Assembly (NCBI GenBank): GCA_048128005.1
Contig: JBEUKZ010000127.1
Span: 62,001 to 126,000, forward strand
DNA from: Veleropilina oligotropha
Taxonomy: Eukaryota
Length of the DNA: 64,000 nucleotides
Reading direction: 5' to 3'
Positions 54,101-64,000 of the stretch are shown here, piece after piece. The notes beneath the pieces are model-generated. The model was not told the DNA's origin. It searched no databases and was given only the letters and a program-made list of their open reading frames with translations. The position numbers and the translations under genes are program-made. Positions within the stretch are counted from its first letter, which is position 1. Each line of letters begins with the position of its first letter.

Positions 54101-54832
54101 GGCGGGGTTTGGTTCTCTGAGAGGATAGACGCCGTAGACGACTGCAGTAACCGGGTAGGCGTTCTCGTAGTAGGCTTTGTCGACCCCAGTGATAGCACCT
54201 GGCTTAGTGTCCTGAGAGATCTCAACGACACCCTGGCCCTTCTTCCTCGCAGCCTTCACCGGGTCAAACTTGTCTTCGACCACCCAGTCGCCTTCACCCC
54301 ACTCCCGCAAGAACTTTATCCTCAGGAGAAACTCACCCTTGGGAAGGGCTGTGAGGAGCTGTGCCGCCCTTGCATCTGTCATACGGGCATCCAGGGCCAG
54401 CCGTCCAGCCACTTCTATCCTCCATGTGGAGAAGGCCGCCGCGGCGCCATCGACCTCAAACTCGTCTTTGGCGTCGCTCAAGAGTTCCACCCATGGCTCT
54501 TTTGCTGGGAGCCTTACAGGGGGAGGGACCTGGTCATCCAGGTCGATGAATCGTTGCCCCTCTGTTGTGGTAAACAGCCCTAGTAGATCATTCTGGTAGT
54601 CCTGGGCTGTCCGGGGCTTTTTGGAGAGGGGGATTGGGTCAAATTCCTCAACAATGGCTTTCCGCTTTCTCTCCGTTTGGGGATCCTTGGATGGGACCAG
54701 AGGCTTCAACAAGCGCTCCTTCACGTCTTCCGGGATTGGTTCGTCTAGAATATTCTGAACCACGTCCCGGAGAGTTTCAGATGCCTGCATGTCTGCGAGC
54801 AGTTGGTCTATATAGTCATCCATAGTCGACAT
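51161..54832 (-). CDS. Replication polyprotein: putative OTU-like protease, PolB palm, SF1 helicase, HNH/Zn domain (1223 aa)
   Basis: DMKACYP, SIIGKFTQ, ATDSIY, the full SF1 motif set and the C-terminal CxxC...GH...N...CxxCN. The N-terminus differs from copy 1. Confidence 0.88.
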   Translation of the reverse strand: MSTMDDYIDQLLADMQASETLRDVVQNILDEPIPEDVKERLLKPLVPSKDPQTERKRKAIVEEFDPIPLSKKPRTAQDYQNDLLGLFTTTEGQRFIDLDDQVPPPVRLPAKEPWVELLSDAKDEFEVDGAAAAFSTWRIEVAGRLALDARMTDARAAQLLTALPKGEFLLRIKFLREWGEGDWVVEDKFDPVKAARKKGQGVVEISQDTKPGAITGVDKAYYENAYPVTAVVYGVYPLREPNPANLVPMKNGDLNCVAQRVVEHFEGALRGNGLTPIRRQKIQEWEARVHVTGATVDDVAGLERMLKRAIILRDIAGEDIYNSGKYQFGGSTGGVRGNVELICHNGHAWSKELHFPQSREVHIYEGDVWEAIRQATRNEPLAVWLLGGKDRQLGVDQFVLQDGRTYRTQDDHERLQEACTALGNESLAERAFGVNHAASIMAKEKNGWKPTPASLLDDVQKACVEHGHGGLWNSMNYDTGDVCCIDMKACYPASFLGQGEAKPYFERFGHPTHSMTRVAINGPLPQEICTGFAEVVEWEFAEDIHPVIVAWFGKHFAENGWAPTPLLAFLVDSGLLKSLKIREAIIAFKNQTDVWLPENRDQGCSIIGKFTQGAKADGKRLTRRLVTDQGELDFLVRDTRQSGTLVGAPQRCPLGHILTYYDGSQPQYAHLRASMLAYAHINLLSMLKRFSAAEAVRVATDSIYLKKASMEKLDDVTVYVAPRLCDCGEKSCISCLIAEPYLPPVAPAQWRDKGEQLYLPQEHAAYLPKPEYCCAANSSQPSTAPCYNDTLTHHRLSYLNGGGGCGKTTRAIELFRARNPIVFTPTHRLAKEMRTRGVKAQTYHSFFRWSGQTDWTPDRMGQKFIPRVIIWDEVCTVPRPILEMFLDWLGHHEVQVICCGDHGQPPPITGEMPHDWLRQTADYYEEIEVDYRAKDDPALQALKRRIRLQPDKIQCGEMRKSLPSCLGWDRFVNTWRPGDLILTSRQKVREWAQQLLLQRHKEHFPDSQVPILYHPRDTRKQNIMVTIPGTDERQELVLNDVVEVTIEAAERAILTPDWRLGYALTIHSSQGLTIHDPQKVWIIDDYLQWSNLAYLAVSRVEYLHQLERVTCPPDEGSEDRPPQAQQSKQQLRKTIQRKLVAYMRQDQAKGLPGINLKVDDILRLKEPQNNRCAACNIELLWAYQPKDTQQFSVDRVDNRRGHIRDNVRLTCLECNRKRGSSSC

Positions 54833-54868
54833 GTTGCCGGGCGGGTATACACTATGGACAGCGCCTCT

Positions 54869-55156
54869 CTAATAGGAAATTTGGGTGAGGTATATTGCAG
54901 CCATGCGGAGAAACTCTCTCTCGAAGGCCCTGCTCTTTCGTTGACAGTCCTTAACGTTCTCATTGTGATACCCACAGCCCTGACACAGTGTAAACCGGTT
55001 GAAAACGCCCTTCCCGCATTTGCTGCAGGGTTTTGTGCCCCGGCCATTTCGCCGTTGCCGAGCCAGGTGGACTTTGCAATACTCGCTCAGACATCTCTTA
55101 CCACATAGCTCCGTGGAGCTGATGGTGAGCCATTGACAGGTGTCCGTTCCCCACAT
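54869..55156 (-). CDS. Small zinc-finger protein (95 aa)
   Basis: Homolog of 32619-32894. Confidence 0.75.
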   Translation of the reverse strand: MWGTDTCQWLTISSTELCGKRCLSEYCKVHLARQRRNGRGTKPCSKCGKGVFNRFTLCQGCGYHNENVKDCQRKSRAFEREFLRMAAIYLTQISY

Positions 55157-55305
55157 CGTATCCTTTGCAGTGGGTATATCCTGTGATATGGGTATGTCTA
55201 AAAGCGAGCCCGGGCCGGCGAGGGTAACGGGCCGTCCCTACGGGCTCTTACTACATACTACTATATCGGCATGTTAGACGCTGTGTAGTTATACTTGAAA
55301 TCAAC

Positions 55306-55479
55306 ATGCCGCAGAAAGACGTTCCCATGTTGCGCAGCGCGAAAAGTTCCCGCCGCAAGGCCCCTGCCAAGGCTCCTGCCAAGGCTCCTGCCAAGGCTCC
55401 TACCAAGACGCCTGCCAAGGCTCCTGCCAAGGCCCCTGCCAAGGCCCCTGCCAAGGCTCCTGCCAAACGTCGTCCCTAG
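55306..55479 (+). CDS. Histone H1-tail-like basic peptide (57 aa, nine KAPA-type repeats)
   Basis: My translation: MPQKDVPMLRSAKSSRRKAPAKAPAKAPAKAPTKTPAKAPAKAPAKAPAKAPAKRRP*. Absent from the ORF track, whose shortest entries are 60 aa. The start context is shared with 33043. Confidence 0.6.
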   Translation: MPQKDVPMLRSAKSSRRKAPAKAPAKAPAKAPTKTPAKAPAKAPAKAPAKAPAKRRP

Positions 55480-55548
55480 TCCCACCCCTGCTGTGTACAC
55501 ACGGTAACTTTTTGTAATACAATCCCTACCCTGGGGTCTGGAAAGGGT

Positions 55549-55732
55549 GCTGGGAGCCTTAATTTCCCTCGCCGCGCCCCCACATAAAAGGTATGGTCAC
55601 CCCCCCTGCTGCTGCTGGTTTTATGCCTGAAAAACTGCCCCTATTAGAGTACACTCACCCCCCCCCCTGCTGCTGCTGGTTTTATGCCTGAAAAACTGCC
55701 CCTATTAGAGTACACTCACCCCCCCTGCTGCT
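55549..55732 (-). repeat. Right TIR of copy 2
   Basis: Reverse complement of 40191-40375. Confidence 0.95.
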
Positions 55733-56402
55733 AGGTCATATACCAGGACGTCCATATTATGGAGGGAGCACATACAAGTATTAGGTCATATACCAGGACG
55801 TCCATATTATGGAGGGAGCACATACCAGTATTAGGTCATATACCAGGACGTCCATATTATGGGGGGGGGGGAATTATGCTTAATATCCTGTATATTTATA
55901 ACATCGAGGTTCAAGGCAGGACATGTCCGTGTTATCGCGGGAGGAAACCCCGGTTGCTGGGTAAACCCGCCCTCTTCGGCCAGTCACCGACAACTGTGCT
56001 TCATAACTTGAACAAATGTGTGCTGCCTCAGCCGGGGGTCGATCCCACTACTGTTCGCGTCAGCGGAAACAAGCCAGTGAATTTAGAGTGGACACTCTAC
56101 CCACTGCGCTACCGAAGCGGCCTCCATATTATGGAGGGAGCACATACCAGTATTAGGTCATATACCAGGACGTCCATATTATGGGGGGAGCACATGCAAG
56201 TATTAGGTCATATACCAGGACGTCCATATTATGGAGGGAGCACATACAAATATTAGGTCATATACCAGGACGTCCATATTATGGAGGGAGCACATGCAAG
56301 TATTAGGTCATACACCAGGACGTCCATATTATGGAGGGAGAACATGCAAGTATTAGGTCATATACCAGGACGTCCATATTATGGAGGGAGCACAAACCAG
56401 TA
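55733..56402. repeat. 50-bp satellite, right part, containing a SINE insertion
   Basis: The same unit resumes in register right after the TSD. Confidence 0.93.
55872..56122 (-). mobile_element. tRNA-derived SINE copy
   Basis: The reverse strand begins GGCCGCTTCGGTAGCGCAGTGGGTAGAG (A-box) and has a GGATCGACCC B-box-like motif. tccatattatgg is duplicated on both sides. Confidence 0.75.
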
Positions 56403-56663
56403 TCTATACTATAATCGTGGAGAGTTTGTCTGTCTGTGTGTCTCCTATAGGCTCCCAAACGGCTGGACCGATCTCCACCAAATTTGGCATGTCAACTAAG
56501 GGTACCAAGGCGGTGGTTATGGCGCTTTCACATTTCTTTTTTTTGGGGGTGGGGTTTTTTTTTGGGGGGGGGGTAATTTTCATAACACTTATAACGTTAC
56601 AAGACTTTTCGACCCCGTCGATTCTGACGTCATCCAACGACGATTATTCAAAAGCGTCATCGT
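56403..56663 (+). mobile_element. Possible 5' fragment of a non-autonomous Helitron
   Basis: Starts A|TCTATACTATAAT, followed by a gtctgtctgt microsatellite and aaacggctggaccgat...aaatttggcatg, resembling 5' ends of invertebrate rolling-circle elements. Confidence 0.45.
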
Positions 56664-58378
56664 AATTGAACCCAGGAACCTTCGTTAGTAGACCAGCACT
56701 GTATCCAATTGACCACGCTATTCCCCATGAATTTGAAAACATATAGCATTGTAGTAAATGTCTTTATTTAATATGCACTAGCCATGTTTATAAATCAAAC
56801 ATCAATGAAATCACTTTATAATGTCTAATTATCGTAAACACACGCTGTTTATATATGACATCAGTCTGGGGATTCCTCACTAATGGAAATGCAATGTGCT
56901 ACAGCGCTCCCAATTGCAGAATAAAGACGAAATTTACAATGTGACATGTTAAAGAAGACGTACACTATGAGTTGGTAGCTTTTGGTAAGTTTGAGGAATA
57001 ATTATGTTATTGTAATGTTTGGATCGCTAGACCTTTTCATAGGCATGATGAAACCTTTTCTTGAGCAATTGCTTTAATGACCGTTTCTAAAACGCGCAGC
57101 CATTGACTTCTGGATCCGTGAGCTGCCAACGATGTGTGATACATGTTTATAGCTACTCGACCTAAACATTTATTAGTCTTATAAAATACCGGTTTAGTAT
57201 CGGTACTGGCAGCCGTACCGCGGTAAGTACCGACTTGCATTGAGAATCGCGGTATACCGGTAAAACCGCGCACCTCTACCTCTATGCGACAGAGCATTGA
57301 AGCAAGTGACTTCAGAGGCACACTCATTTCCACATGGCTGTTGGTGCAGCTAGCCCCCAAATTAATACTCTGGTAGCCAAATCATTGTACAAAGGAGAGA
57401 GGAAGGCAGAATACAAACATACATGGAGTCTTGAAGAAAGACATGGGTGTGGAGACAACCAGTGAGGAGCTAGCAACCCTCATTTCAGATAGGATTGCCT
57501 TCAACCAACAAGATCAGGCCCGTCTGTGGGAATCTGAGCATATGTGGCGCCTGTCTAATTTAACACATTTTAGGTCATATACCAGGACGTCCATATCATG
57601 GAGGGAGCACATACCAGTATTAGGTCATATACCTGGACGTCCATATTATGGAGGGAGCACATGCAAGTATTAGGTCATATACCAGGACGTCCATATTATG
57701 GAGGGAGCACATGCAAGTATTAGGTCATATACCAGGACGTCCATATTATGGAGGGAGCACATGCAAGTATTAAGTTATATACCAGGACGTCCATATTATG
57801 GAGGGAGCACATACCAGTATTAGGTCATATACCAGGACGTCCATATTATGGAGGGAGCACATACCAGTATTAGGTCATATACCAGGACGTCCACATTATA
57901 GAGGGAGCACATACAAGTATTAGGTCATATACCAGGACGTCCATATTGTGGAGGGAGCACATACAAGTATTAGGTCATATACCAGGACGTCCATATTATG
58001 GAGGGAGCACATGCAAGTATTAGGTCATATACCAGGACGTCCATATTATGGAGGGAGCACATGCAAGTATTAGGTCATATACCAGGACGTCCATATTATG
58101 GAGGGAGCACATGCAAGTATTAGGTCATATACCAGGACGCCCATATTATGGAGGGAGCACATACCAGTATTAGGTCATATACCAGGACGTCCATATTATG
58201 GAGGGAGCACATGCAAGTATTAGGTCATATACCAGGACGTCCATATTATGGAGGGAGCACATGCAAGTATTAGGTCATATACCAGGACGTCCATATTATG
58301 GAGGGAGCACATGCAAGTATTAGGTCATATACCAGGACGTCCACATTATGGAGGGAGCACATACAAGTATTAGGTCAT
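56664..58378 (+). repeat. Copy B of the 1.7-kb duplication, including 50-bp satellite at 57571-58378
   Basis: Near-identical to 38428-40142. Confidence 0.92.
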
Positions 58379-59640
58379 CCCAGCTAACACATAACGTTAT
58401 CCTAACGTTATGTAACGTTATGTCAATGTTATTGTTTGGTTATCGTTTTCAGGAACGTTCTGAGAACGTTTTTGTTACGTTATTTTGTGTCTTGCGTTTT
58501 TCAAGGTTTGTGACCAATATTATAGGAACGTTCGTGCAACGTTTTTTCTGTGCACTTCTAATGCATTTCAAAATCAAATAAATGCAATTTATGAATGTTA
58601 TGTGATAATGTTCCGGGGACGTTATTGTAACGTTATTTTATATTGTTGATCTATAGTTTTCATGTGAGTGTGACAAACGTTACAGGAACGTTTATGCAAC
58701 GTTTTTCTGTGCACTTATAGCAAAACATTATTTAATTAACACAGAAATATTAGCACTATTTAACCTTGTCATTGCACTTCAACATCTTATAAAAAGCAAA
58801 TAAATGCAAATAGTCCAAATATAATCCAATTTATGAATGTTCTGAGATAACGTTCTTGGAACGTTTGTTTTAACGTTCTTTGCATGGTCGATCTATAGTT
58901 GCGACAAACGTTATAGGAACGTTTTTGACACGTTTTCTGTGCATTCATAGCAAAACATTATTTAATTAACACAGAAATAATTATTAGCACTATTTAATAT
59001 TGTCATAGCACATCAACACCTTATAAAAAGCAAATAAATGCAAATAGACCAAATTTAACCCAATTTATGAATGTTCTGTGATAATGTTCTTGGGACGTTA
59101 TTTTAACGTTATTTGCATGGTCGATCTAAAGTTGCGACAAACGTTATAGGAACGTTTATGCAACGTTTTTCAAAGCAAGAACATATTTAATTAACACAGA
59201 CATAATTATTTGCACTATTTAACATTGTGCATTGTAGTAATGACACTTCAACATCTTATAAAAAGCAAATAAATGCAAATAGACCAAATATCATCCAATT
59301 TCTGAATGTTCTGAGATAACGTTCTTGTAACGTTGTTATAACGTTATTTTGCATGGTCGATCTCTAGTTGCGACAAACGTTATAGGAACGTTTTTGCCAC
59401 GTTTTCTGTGCATTCATAGCAAAACATTATTTAATCAACACAGAAATAATTATTAGCACTATTTAATATTGTTATTGCACATCAACACCTTACAAAAAAG
59501 CAAAAAAATGCAAATAGACCAAATTTAATCCAATTTATGAATGTTCTGTGATAATGTTCTTGGGACGTTATTTGCATGGTCGATCTCTAGTTGCGACAAA
59601 CGTTATAGGAACGTTTATGCAACGTTTTTTAGTGCAAAAC
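58379..59640 (+). mobile_element. Left end of a probable CACTA/EnSpm-like element with ~240-bp subterminal tandem repeats
   Basis: Abrupt start CCCAGCTAACAC truncates the satellite. Dense AACGTT palindromes and about five imperfect ~240-bp units. I found no right end in the window. Confidence 0.5.
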
Positions 59641-62059
59641 ATTATTAAATTAACAAGAATATATTACACAAACAGTTTCTGTCATTATTAATAGCGCATA
59701 GGTCAGCCTGCATTTAAATATTCATTAATAATAATCGATTGGTCATACAATCATGACATCAAACCTCTGATACGATCGAACAACTGTCCCGATAATATAT
59801 CCACAATTTTTTGCCTTCGGATATTGTTGAACGTGGACAAGTATATTTCTTCGAATATGCGAACGTGCAATTTCGAGCGTTCGTCGTCAGAGCATTTAGG
59901 TCTATGGTCAGAGGCGTCAAGTTGTGAATGTACGAGGACCTCAGGTAAGTTAAAGTACCGGTAATATTTACGTAATACGATTTTATTGTCATAAACAGTG
60001 GCCTAAATCGCGCATACATTGAATATATTATTAGTCTAAATAGTGTGTGTATTTAAAAGCAACGCTGTAGTCGACAATGTTGTTTTCATATTAAAACAGC
60101 TTTTTTACTCATAATTTAATTTTCTGAGAACTAGCTATGCAAACCGCTGCTTATCGTTCGTCTGTTTACGTTTGACGATTAGGGCAGCACTCTGTTGCTA
60201 TATAAATTAATACAGTGTATCAGTCTATATAATATTGCAAAGTGAACTAATCTCCAAGCGTAAAGTTTAAAACACGAACGATAAGCAGCGATCCAGGCTC
60301 TGTGATGATCGAACATGTGCACGTACACGATGCGCATCCGACAGGTCACTTGAAATGCAAACGAAACTAAGATTACTACTAGAGTCTACTAACATTTAAA
60401 TTAATAAAAGTATCGATATTATAATATTAGAAATTAGGAAATGGGTGACATTTTTTTATCGATGGTCATTTTTAGCAACGGCTAATGGTGGTGGGGGAGG
60501 GGGGTGGGGGATGTATACAGTAACATATGCCTTATAATTCTCGTTAACTGGTATATATGAGACACATTAGCCAAAGTTCTACACACAATTTTCAGGAGCC
60601 TAGCTTAAACTTGCATACATGTAATATGTATAATATTACATATAGGGCCTATAGGCCTATATATAAAAATAACTTGATTATTAAATTGAACAATAGGCAT
60701 AATATATATTGTTGTAGCCTATGTAAATATACAATGAAAATTCAATAGGGGTAGGCCTAATTAAATAAATTACCAGAAAAAATAACGATCTTTTTGTATG
60801 TATATATTGGCCTATATATATATATATATAATATGCATGCATATTTTATATTAAACTTTGTCAAGTTTGCATAGTAATTAATATTTTATGGTCATTGTAC
60901 TGGCCTCGTGATTATTATTCCGTTCACTTTTATTAGGCGCAAAACGTTTCATCGAACGGTCAACGGGAAATTTGATGAAACATCTTGATTCGGCTGAAAA
61001 GTTTATGAAGCGGAATTTCGACAAAACCTTCATGACGACTGTCATTGATTGTCGAGGTAGGTTCATAATTTATAAAGTTCATATTTTGTTAGGTACTAAC
61101 TTTCTCTTTTGTACTGTTTTGATAGAGTTTTTCTAAAGGCTTTTATCATATGTTATTCTTTTCATTCATGTGTGCATACATTTCCAAACAATAATTAAAT
61201 ATTAATCCATGATAAATATGTTTTATATGTAGTATGTAATTGTATATAAAATTGTTTACTCTAATACTTAAGAACATGTTTCGCTCAATCGACAGCAGTG
61301 GAAAACTTTTCTGATATAGGGTATATGTATAATTAAATATAAATATATAAAAAATAACTTTATTGAACAAGAAACATATGTAACCTAGGTAAATTTACAA
61401 TACAAAACTGAAAAGCAATAGGCTTAATTATAATATACCCCCCGTAATGAAGTTCTAGTATAATATTTAATAGCAAAAAACTGAATCACCACTATTAAGG
61501 CGAGTATCTGGGATTTGTATTAACAGGTGTTCAAAATCTGATAAACAGTAGACACTTTGCAAGAGAGCTTACTGATAAGAGGGCCTGCCCTATAAGTATT
61601 ACAATACTTATAATATTTTATAATCATGCAGCAGAATTTGACTGCACATTTCTAATTCATGTGATTATCTACATGATACAATGATATTTTGTCTTATTTA
61701 TAATTTAATATATATCACTTTTACTAGGCGCCAAAATGTTTCAACGAACCGGAAATTCGCTGAAACGTTGAAAAGTCGAAGTGGAATTTCGACGAAACCT
61801 CCATAACGACTATCGTTCACCGACTGATTGTCGAGGTAAGTTGATCATTTATAAGTTTACTGTTAATTATTAATTTCCAGCAGGTTACTTATTATGTTTT
61901 CCTATTTTTCAGAGAGTTTTGAACTTTCCTAATTTTTAGGCTTTTATGTTATACTTTTCAGTCATGTGTCATTGTGTGCATGCATTTCGTAACGATTAAG
62001 TATTTTTGACCTGCCTGTGAGGCAGGGCTAGATTCGTGGTCTGGCATCCGTTGGCGTCG

Positions 62060-62505
62060 GCTGATTGCTTTCTGTCACATAGAAGACGAACCGCTGGACC
62101 TACCTTCATATTTGGTATACACCTTGTATACAATAAGGCCTTACCTAAGTTTAAAGTTGGGGTCACTGGGTCAGAGGTCAAAGTCATTTTCGTGTATTTC
62201 CATTCTGGACTTGAAGATCGCTTTCTGTCGCATAGTAGACGAACTGATGGACCTATGATTTTCATATTTTGTATATATACCGTGTATACCATCAGGCCTT
62301 GTCCAAGTTCAAAGATGGGGTCTCTGGGTCAAAGTTCAAGGTCATTTTCGTGTATTACCATTCTTGATTTGGAAGATTGCTTTATGTCACATAGAAGACG
62401 AACCGCTAGACCTACATCTTTCATATTTGGTATGCACCTTGTGTGCCACCAGGCCTTGCCCAAGTTCAAAGATGGGGTCGCTGGGACAAATGTCAAGGTT
62501 ACTAT
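62060..62505. repeat. Imperfect tandem repeat, about 2.5 units of ~160-170 bp
   Basis: Recurrent gctttctgtcacatagaagacgaaccgct...aagttcaaagatgggg blocks. Confidence 0.6.
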
Positions 62506-64000
62506 GAAATTTGTTATCGAGTTATTGATTATTTAAGCTCTATGGATCCGATGTATTATATACAAAAGGCAGGCCAGTATGAGGAGTATACCTCTAGTTT
62601 AATATGTCTTGTGAAGTATATATATTATATAATTCAACACTTGACACTTTGCAATATAGAGGTTATGCGTTTGAATCGACCGTATAAACTTGTATTAAAA
62701 TAGTTTTTAAAAGTCATAATACAAGCACATTTTTCACCTTGCTATCATTTGAAAACTTCAAAAATTTACTAGCCCAAGTCTTGAAGAGTTAGTTGGATTC
62801 AATATTTCACTAGCACTGCTCCATATCACACTAGCCCGAATTTTAAGAAATGATAAAAGTAAAAATTCACTATAATCCTTTATTGTCGACATCGAAATTT
62901 CCACAAGCAATAGGTCCTAATATATAAAATAAGTTGTATTCCCAAATTTTACCTTAATTATACAAAATCATTGAGTATGCAAAAATTATTTTCAATTTAC
63001 GACAGACTACATGTCTGACTAATGTGTTATAAGACAATATGGCGACATGACAGTTATTAAACATTCCACAACTGGGCCTTTCATTGCAAATTTGCCATTG
63101 TTATCGTTGATAGTTGAATAAAGAACACAATTTACATAGCACATTTCTTTTAAATAATCTAAACAGATAAATATCATGATCGTTTTAGAGGTTTCTATTA
63201 GTAGTGGTCAAATTTTGATAGAGTAGTATTTATATAATTTATGATAAATACGAAATATTGGTGTGTTATACAGGGATTTCGATGTTACTATTATTAAACG
63301 TGACATTTGTAACTTTATATATTAATGTGTACATGTGTTTCCCAATAGATATTGCATCATTTCCTAATTTAAATCAGGAAACATATAATTATCCAGCGGC
63401 CCCCGATTGGGTATAAATTCTCTATATGGTACAACATTGAGAAAAAACCTCCGTCCGTCCGTCACTGAACTCCTCCTAGAGTATTGACGCTATGGTCATG
63501 AAATTTTCAGTGTCATCAGGAATTACCAATGTGATGGTTTACCACCCAAAATATGCATTTATTAAGCAAACATATGCATTTATTAAGCACTTTTATGCAT
63601 TTTGTATATAGCCTATGTCTAATTTCATAGACCTAAATAACAATGACGTCACAATGACGTCATTACGACGTCACCTCTCTAACGCATCATGCTATTTACT
63701 AGATACGTTATACCATTGGAATCAGACGTTATTGATTCTGTAGCATTCGGCCCCCGCTTGGATAATTCACGTTATCAAAGGTTAGTTCATTATTATAGAT
63801 TTCACATAAAACGTATGTCCTATTTTACAGCTCGACTGAATCCATGTTCTTACAAGGTAATAAATATTTACGAAAAATGTTGTGTGTGTTTCGGCGTATA
63901 TTGTCTCTTTCCTTGCTTCACTTTTTCAATGATAAACAACGGAAACTCGAAATTGGCAATTATTTCCGATTCGGCCCCCGCTTGGTATGCAGTTTTACCC

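Larger units (their letters stand above)
40191..55732. mobile_element. Polinton/Maverick-like endogenous DNA virus, copy 2 (15,542 bp)
   Basis: AGCAGC...GCTGCT termini, ~185-bp TIRs and a 5-bp TSD AGGTC (40186-40190, 55733-55737). Same gene order as copy 1, with all ORFs uninterrupted. Confidence 0.95.

Noticed and set aside
55251..55507. ORF-track readings of the 12-bp repeat (GALA, GRSL and LLPR repeats)
   Set aside because: They are alternative frames. Only the KAPA frame starts at the ATG context shared with copy 1.
17625..55732. The two viral copies as a tandem duplication or assembly artefact
   Set aside because: They have different TSDs, different flanks, different TIR module order and locally strong divergence.
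56664..58378. Duplicate as the empty pre-insertion site of viral copy 2
   Set aside because: It ends 48 bp before the equivalent insertion position, so the empty junction is not present in this window.
59700..64000. Short ORFs and dispersed repeats, such as ~60930-61190 versus ~61720-61990
   Set aside because: AT-rich and without protein motifs. These are probably internal parts of non-autonomous transposons that I cannot classify.

Overview
Animal (probably invertebrate) genomic DNA, AT-rich and full of repeats. It carries two independent, essentially intact insertions of a ~16-kb GC-rich Polinton/Maverick-like endogenous DNA virus, at 17625-33606 and 40191-55732. Each copy has AGCAGC...GCTGCT termini, modular terminal inverted repeats (TIRs) and its own 5-bp target-site duplication (TSD). 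Each encodes a DDE integrase, an A32-like packaging ATPase, putative major and minor jelly-roll capsid proteins, several membrane proteins and a secreted Cys-rich protein. The most unusual gene is a single replication polyprotein: putative OTU-like protease, a family-B polymerase palm with no recognisable exonuclease motifs, an SF1 helicase and an HNH/Zn domain. No adenain-type maturation protease was recognised. The two copies have near-identical cores but swapped or divergent modules. Host sequence includes a spliced Tctex1-domain dynein light chain gene at the left edge (absent from the ORF track), an intact CR1/L2-type LINE with a 2A-like motif and a 16-bp TSD, a decayed I/Nimb-like LINE, tRNA-derived SINEs, MITEs, 54-bp and 50-bp satellites and a 1.7-kb local duplication. 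Family assignments come from motif reading by eye; no database search was run.
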